Shown here piece by piece: positions 32,324-37,270 of a stretch of 37,270 nucleotides of DNA. The notes beneath the pieces were generated by a model. It saw only the letters and a list, made by a program, of their open reading frames with translations, was not told where the DNA came from and made no database searches. The translations under genes and the position numbers were made by a program. Positions within the stretch are counted from its first letter, which is position 1. Each line of letters starts with the position of its first letter. The DNA comes from a virus (lineage: Duplodnaviria > Caudoviricetes): the IMG/VR virus record IMGVR_UViG_3300017766_001679, positions 1 to 37,270 of that record. One strand, given 5' to 3'.

Positions 32324-33806
32324 CCTGCATAAGTTCCCCCCGGCAGTCCAGCAGAAGGTTGGGCAACTTATTGCCGAGTTACGTAAGACCGCCGTGCACG
32401 ACGTGGCGAAGCAGGACTTTATGTCGTTTGTAAAGTATGTGTGGCCTAACTTCATACACGGGGCGCACCACGAGAAGATGGCCCGGGCCTTTGAGGGGGT
32501 GGCTGAAGGGCGGATAAAACGCCTGATTATCAACATGCCTCCTCGCCACACCAAGTCTGAGTTCGCTTCCTACCTACTTCCGGCTTGGTTCTTAGGTAAG
32601 TTTCCCGGCAAAAAGGTCATTCAGACCTCCCACACCGCCGAGTTGGCTGTGGGTTTTGGTCGTAAAGTGCGAAATCTGGTGGATGCGGACCGATACAAAG
32701 ACCTGTTTCCGGAGGTTTCGCTCCAGTCTGACTCCAAGGCGGCGGGCCGGTGGGCTACAAACTTCGCCGGTGAGTACTTCGCTATCGGTGTCGGGGGTGC
32801 GGTGACTGGTAAAGGTGCCGATCTGCTCATTATTGACGACCCCCACTCGGAGCAAGAGGCCGCTTTGGCGGAAATTAATCCCGAAATCTACGACAAAACC
32901 TACGAGTGGTACACCTCTGGACCAAGGCAGCGTCTCCAGCCGGGGGGAGCCATCGTGGTTGTGATGACTAGGTGGAGTAAAAAGGACTTAACGGGCCAAG
33001 TTTTGAAAGCAGCCGCCCAGCGGGACGGTGATGAGTGGGAAGTTATCGAGTTACCGGCACTTTTACCGTCTGGCAACCCGCTTTGGCCCCAGTTTTGGTC
33101 GCTAAAAGAGTTAGAAGCGCTCAGAAACGAGTTGCCCCACGGCAAGTGGATGGCCCAGTACCAGCAAGACCCCACCTCAGAGACCTCGGCTATTGTAAAG
33201 CGGGAGTGGTGGAAGATCTGGGAGGACGACGAGGCCCCGCGCTGTGAATTTATCCTCCAATCTTGGGATACGGCCTTTGAAAAGACCACCCGAAGCGACT
33301 ATTCGGCCTGTACTACGTGGGGTGTGTTCTACCACGAGGACGAAAAGACCGGAATGATGGAGTCAAACATCATCCTGCTAAATGCCTTTCGGGACCGGCT
33401 TGAGTTTCCGGCGCTCAAACGGGAGGCCATAGACCAATACCAGAACTGGGAACCGGATTCCATCATTATTGAGAAGAAGGCTTCTGGGGCGCCCTTGATT
33501 TATGAGATGCGGGCGATGGGAATCCCGGTCCAAGAGTTCACCCCCTCCCGAGGTAACGATAAAATAAGCCGTTTGAACGCGGTCTCTGATCTTTTTGCTT
33601 CGAGTAGAGTATGGGCACCGAACACCCACTGGGCGGAGGAAGTAATCGAAGAGGTTGCATCTTTCCCTGCCGGGGAGCATGATGACTATGTTGACAGCGT
33701 ATCCCTTGCGTTGATGAGATTCCGCAAGGGTGGGTACATTCGTACTAATTTAGATGAACCCGAAGAAACAAAATACTTTAGACGGAAGTTTGAGGGCTAT
33801 TATTAA
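32289..33806 (+). CDS. terL: Terminase large subunit
   Basis: INMPPRHTKS (Walker A), GKGADLLIIDDP (Walker B), VMTRW, YQQDP, nuclease motifs SWDTA, IIEKKASG and HDDYVDS. ATG at 32289 preferred. Confidence 0.95.
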   Translation: MDQNLLIKAQNNLHKFPPAVQQKVGQLIAELRKTAVHDVAKQDFMSFVKYVWPNFIHGAHHEKMARAFEGVAEGRIKRLIINMPPRHTKSEFASYLLPAWFLGKFPGKKVIQTSHTAELAVGFGRKVRNLVDADRYKDLFPEVSLQSDSKAAGRWATNFAGEYFAIGVGGAVTGKGADLLIIDDPHSEQEAALAEINPEIYDKTYEWYTSGPRQRLQPGGAIVVVMTRWSKKDLTGQVLKAAAQRDGDEWEVIELPALLPSGNPLWPQFWSLKELEALRNELPHGKWMAQYQQDPTSETSAIVKREWWKIWEDDEAPRCEFILQSWDTAFEKTTRSDYSACTTWGVFYHEDEKTGMMESNIILLNAFRDRLEFPALKREAIDQYQNWEPDSIIIEKKASGAPLIYEMRAMGIPVQEFTPSRGNDKISRLNAVSDLFASSRVWAPNTHWAEEVIEEVASFPAGEHDDYVDSVSLALMRFRKGGYIRTNLDEPEETKYFRRKFEGYY

Positions 33807-34483
33807 TGGATTTACCCGGATACGATCCTTTTTATAGTTTGCCAGATGCAGAGCGCCTTTATAGAACCGAAAGGGGTTCTACCTATGCCCATTTCTCGGA
33901 CCAAACGTCTCAAAGAAATAGGAGCGGAGAAAAGCATTCAGACAAAACAACTGGCTTGCAGGACAGGTCGCTCAAAACTGTTTACATGGAACCAAAAGCG
34001 ATAAATGCTATCGGCACTTGGCTACAAGATGAAAGTACATCTACCAGATTAAAACCTGTTTTGGACGCAGAAGGCAAACAAACGGGCAGGGCGCAGGTCC
34101 AAATAGTGGAGCCACATACGTATCAGCCTACTAAATTAGAAAATGGAAAGTTTGTAAAAACGGGGGCACCAGTAACTTACGAGGCAGGACGAATAGTTGC
34201 TGAAGTCCCTTACGAAAAGAAACCAGTAAAGGGTTACCACCCGGTTGAAATTTTTAATTCAGAAAGCCCAAAAGGAAACAAAGGAACGGGTGTTCATTTT
34301 GGGTCTAAAATTACTGAAATCATGCAAAGAACCCGAGGTGGTGGCGGGGGCGGAGGCGGAGGATCTTTGATGCAAGCAGATCCAAAGCAACTTGGCGGGA
34401 CAAAAATAGGGCCACGTATGGCTGTTGGCGGGGTAGTCAATATGCCAGAAAACTACTCTACGGGTCGTTGGCGATTAATTTAA
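33806..34483 (+). CDS. Hypothetical protein inserted between terL and portal
   Basis: 225 aa, A-rich coding sequence, poly-Gly linker, C-terminal MAVGGVV...GRWRLI. Confidence 0.7.
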   Translation: MDLPGYDPFYSLPDAERLYRTERGSTYAHFSDQTSQRNRSGEKHSDKTTGLQDRSLKTVYMEPKAINAIGTWLQDESTSTRLKPVLDAEGKQTGRAQVQIVEPHTYQPTKLENGKFVKTGAPVTYEAGRIVAEVPYEKKPVKGYHPVEIFNSESPKGNKGTGVHFGSKITEIMQRTRGGGGGGGGGSLMQADPKQLGGTKIGPRMAVGGVVNMPENYSTGRWRLI

Positions 34484-34492
34484 GGACAGAAT

Positions 34493-36970
34493 ATGGCTAT
34501 TGATAAAGCACTAGGACAAGCCCCGATGGGTTTAGATCTCGAAGAGATGATGGATGAACCTGCTCTTGAGATTGAGATCGAAGACCCCGAGGCCGTCCGT
34601 ATTGGCATTGATGGACAGCCAATATTAGAGATTGAAGCAGAAGAAGTTGAAGACGACTTCAACGCCAACCTTGCCGAAGACATGGACGATGGTGAGTTGA
34701 CCGAGTTATGCGATGACTTGCTTGGTGAGTTTGAGGAAGACCTATCCAGCCGCAAGGACTGGATGCAGACTTATGTGGATGGCCTAGAGTTGCTGGGTCT
34801 GAAGATCGAGGACCGCACAGAGCCTTGGCCCGGAGCATGTGGCGTCTACCACCCGCTGTTGAGTGAGGCGCTGGTTAAGTTCCAAGCCGAGACGATCATG
34901 GAGACCTTCCCCGCTGCGGGACCGGTCAAGACACAAATTATAGGCAAAGAAACCCCTGCGAAACGCGAGGCCGCTGTACGTGTCAAGGATGACATGAATT
35001 ACCAATTAACGGAAGTGATGGTTGAGTACCGGCCTGAGCACGAGCGGATGTTGTGGGGCTTGGGGTTAGCGGGTAATGCGTTTAAGAAGGTGTACTTTGA
35101 CCCCAGCCTAGACCGGCAGGTGTCGCTATTTGTGCCCGCCGAGGATGTCGTGGTCCCCTATGGGGCGTCAAACATCCAGACCGCCGAGCGTGTAACCCAC
35201 GTGATGCGTAAGACGGAAAACGAACTGCGCAAGTTGCAGGTGGCAGGCTTTTATCGTGACGTAGAACTTGGTGATCCAGTTGATTCATTCGACGAGGTTG
35301 AGAAGAAAATTGCTGAGAAGATGGGCTTCCGTGCCTCATCTGATGACCGGTACAAGATCCTTGAGATGCACGTGGACATGGACCTGCCCGGCTACGAAGA
35401 CAAAGACGAGGACGGCGAGCCGACGGGTATTGCGCTGCCTTACGTCGTTACTATTGAAAAAGGCACCCAGAACGTTTTAGCAATCCGACGCAATTGGAAC
35501 CCCGATGATGAGAATAAACAAAAACGAAATCATTTTGTCCATTATTCATACATCCCGGGATTTGGTTTCTACGCTTTTGGTCTCATTCATCTTATTGGCG
35601 CTTTTGCTAAGTCTGGCACTTCTATTATTCGCCAACTTGTTGACGCTGGTACTCTCTCGAATCTCCCCGGAGGATTCAAAACAAAAGGTCTTCGGGTTAA
35701 GGGTGATGACACGCCGATTTCTCCGGCAGAATTCCGAGATGTAGATGTAGCCTCTGGCACGATCAAAGACAACATCATGACGCTCCCATACAAGGAGCCA
35801 AGTCAGGTGTTGTATACCCTCTTGGGCACCATTGTTGAAGAAGGTCGTAGATTCGCTAGTGCAGCGGATCTGAAGGTATCCGACATGAGTGCCCAGTCTC
35901 CTGTTGGAACGACGCTGGCTATTCTTGAGCGCACGCTTAAGGTGATGTCGGCAGTTCAGGCCCGTATTCACTACTCGATGAAGCAGGAGTTCAAACTCCT
36001 CAAAAACATCATTCGTGACTACACCCCCGAGGATTACTCGTATGAGCCGGTAGAAGGGCCACCACGGGCTAAACAGTCAGACTACGACGATGTAGACGTG
36101 ATTCCGGTCTCAGACCCCAACGCTGCGACGATGAGTCAGAAGGTGGTGCAGTACCAAGCGGCGCTACAACTAGCCCAGTCTGCCCCTCAGTTATACGATC
36201 TGCCATACCTACACCGGCAGATGCTAGAAGTTCTCGGTATCAAGAATATACAGAAACTTATACCGATGAAAGACGATATGAAACCGCGTGATCCCATATC
36301 CGAGAACATGGATGCGCTTAAGGGTAAGCCAGTCAAGGCTTTCTCTTATCAGGACCATCAGGCCCATATCACAACCCATATGACCTTTATGCAAGACCCC
36401 ATGACTGCCCAGATGATCGGTCAAAACCCGATGGCGCAGCAGATTATGGGAGCACTGCAAGCACACATTGCAGAGCATTATGGTTATATGTACCGCAACC
36501 AGATCGAGCAACAAGTTGGGGCACCCATCCCGACCTTTGACGACGAGGATGCGGAAATCCCAGAGGACATGGAGGCTGCTCTCTCCCGTCTGGTGGCTCA
36601 GGCATCACAACAACTCCTGCTCCAGAACCAGACAGCCGCTGCACAACAGCAGGCACAGCAGCAAGCCCAAGATCCGATACTTCAGTTGCAGGCAAAAGAG
36701 GTCTCAATCAAAGAAGCAGACCTCCAACGCAAAGTGCTTAAGGACAAGACCGACGCACAACTCAAGGCTAGCCAACAGGACATTGAGCGCCAGCGGATTC
36801 AATCACAAGAGAAACTTGCTGGGGCTGATGCAATGGTCAAAGCCACTGCTGAAGATGAGAAATTAAAAGTTAAACAGTCTGACGCCATTATCAAAGCCGT
36901 GGCGGAGGATGAAAGAATGAAACTGGAGCGGGACAAAGAACTTCTCCGGGTTCGTAGCAAGAGGTCTTAA
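34493..36970 (+). CDS. Portal protein
   Basis: 825 aa following the terminase. SRKDW, HPLLSEA, GNAFKKVYFD, FYAFGLIH, RQLVDAGTLSN, and a Gln-rich C-terminal coiled coil as in P22-type portals. Confidence 0.85.
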   Translation: MAIDKALGQAPMGLDLEEMMDEPALEIEIEDPEAVRIGIDGQPILEIEAEEVEDDFNANLAEDMDDGELTELCDDLLGEFEEDLSSRKDWMQTYVDGLELLGLKIEDRTEPWPGACGVYHPLLSEALVKFQAETIMETFPAAGPVKTQIIGKETPAKREAAVRVKDDMNYQLTEVMVEYRPEHERMLWGLGLAGNAFKKVYFDPSLDRQVSLFVPAEDVVVPYGASNIQTAERVTHVMRKTENELRKLQVAGFYRDVELGDPVDSFDEVEKKIAEKMGFRASSDDRYKILEMHVDMDLPGYEDKDEDGEPTGIALPYVVTIEKGTQNVLAIRRNWNPDDENKQKRNHFVHYSYIPGFGFYAFGLIHLIGAFAKSGTSIIRQLVDAGTLSNLPGGFKTKGLRVKGDDTPISPAEFRDVDVASGTIKDNIMTLPYKEPSQVLYTLLGTIVEEGRRFASAADLKVSDMSAQSPVGTTLAILERTLKVMSAVQARIHYSMKQEFKLLKNIIRDYTPEDYSYEPVEGPPRAKQSDYDDVDVIPVSDPNAATMSQKVVQYQAALQLAQSAPQLYDLPYLHRQMLEVLGIKNIQKLIPMKDDMKPRDPISENMDALKGKPVKAFSYQDHQAHITTHMTFMQDPMTAQMIGQNPMAQQIMGALQAHIAEHYGYMYRNQIEQQVGAPIPTFDDEDAEIPEDMEAALSRLVAQASQQLLLQNQTAAAQQQAQQQAQDPILQLQAKEVSIKEADLQRKVLKDKTDAQLKASQQDIERQRIQSQEKLAGADAMVKATAEDEKLKVKQSDAIIKAVAEDERMKLERDKELLRVRSKRS

Positions 36971-36990
36971 CCTGACAAAAAGGAGAGTAA

Positions 36991-37185
36991 ATGAGTAATG
37001 ACCTACTCAAGTATCTTTCAGACAAGATACGAGAGGAAATGAAGGTAATCGAGCAGGACGCAGTTTTAGGTAAAGCCAAAGATTTTGGGGCGTATCAATA
37101 CGCCTGTGGTATTTACCGTGGGCTTCTGATCGCAAACAATATTCTTATAGAAACAAAAGAAAGGATGGAAGGCTCTGATGAGTGA
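36991..37185 (+). CDS. Small conserved protein after portal
   Basis: 64 aa, RBS AAGGAG; G.AKDF..Y...CG..RGL motif. Confidence 0.7.
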   Translation: MSNDLLKYLSDKIREEMKVIEQDAVLGKAKDFGAYQYACGIYRGLLIANNILIETKERMEGSDE

Positions 37186-37270
37186 ATTATTAATCGGCAC
37201 AAACCCCGATGACCCAAACGAGGCAACAGTACTACCCGACACCGACGATAGAAAAGCAAAGCAGTTACCA
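37178..37270 (+). CDS. 3'-truncated ORF (possibly the GroES-like co-chaperonin found at this position in similar phages)
   Basis: MSELLIGTNPDDPNEATVLPDTDDRKAKQLP... runs off the window. The product is a guess from synteny only. Confidence 0.4.
   Translation, partial: MSELLIGTNPDDPNEATVLPDTDDRKAKQLP

Noticed and set aside
32535-32558. Terminase Walker A without Gly (MPPRHTKS) as an inactive enzyme
   Set aside because: PPRHxKS variants are usual in this terminase group, and all other motifs are intact.
382-37079. Numerous 60-190 aa antisense or alternate-frame ORFs in the track
   Set aside because: They are nested within well-supported genes and have no recognisable motifs, so they are treated as shadow ORFs.

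Overview
Part of a tailed dsDNA phage genome (Caudoviricetes, probably podovirus-like). The host is probably a beta/gammaproteobacterium, inferred from sigma70-type promoters and a captured RNAP alpha-CTD. There are three blocks. (1) 1-9980, + strand: probable internal virion/ejection proteins, including a lytic transglycosylase and a 1964-aa polyvalent protein with an HExxH motif. (2) 9979-31279, - strand: the early/replication arm, with primase-DUF927 helicase, SSB-like protein, SNF2 helicase, HNH, Cas4-like nuclease, family A DNA polymerase, DUF3310, VRR-NUC, an alpha-CTD fusion, a Rap1a-like immunity protein, an AAA+/VWA-peptidase/DUF3150-like module, many small ORFs and an iteron-rich origin-like region. 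(3) 31724-37270, + strand: terminase, an inserted ORF, portal and the start of the head module. No integrase, capsid gene, tRNA or CRISPR array was seen. The most striking unexplained signals are non-coding. First, a candidate ~62-nt sRNA (10040-9979) has its own promoter and terminator, and its 5' seed and loop are complementary to a motif recurring at start codons of the phage's own early genes. Second, ten co-oriented TTAACAnnTGTTAA palindromes are confined to the early arm. Third, a three-way-junction RNA upstream of the primase has a loop that can pair with the primase RBS. All family calls come from motif recognition by eye; no searches were run.
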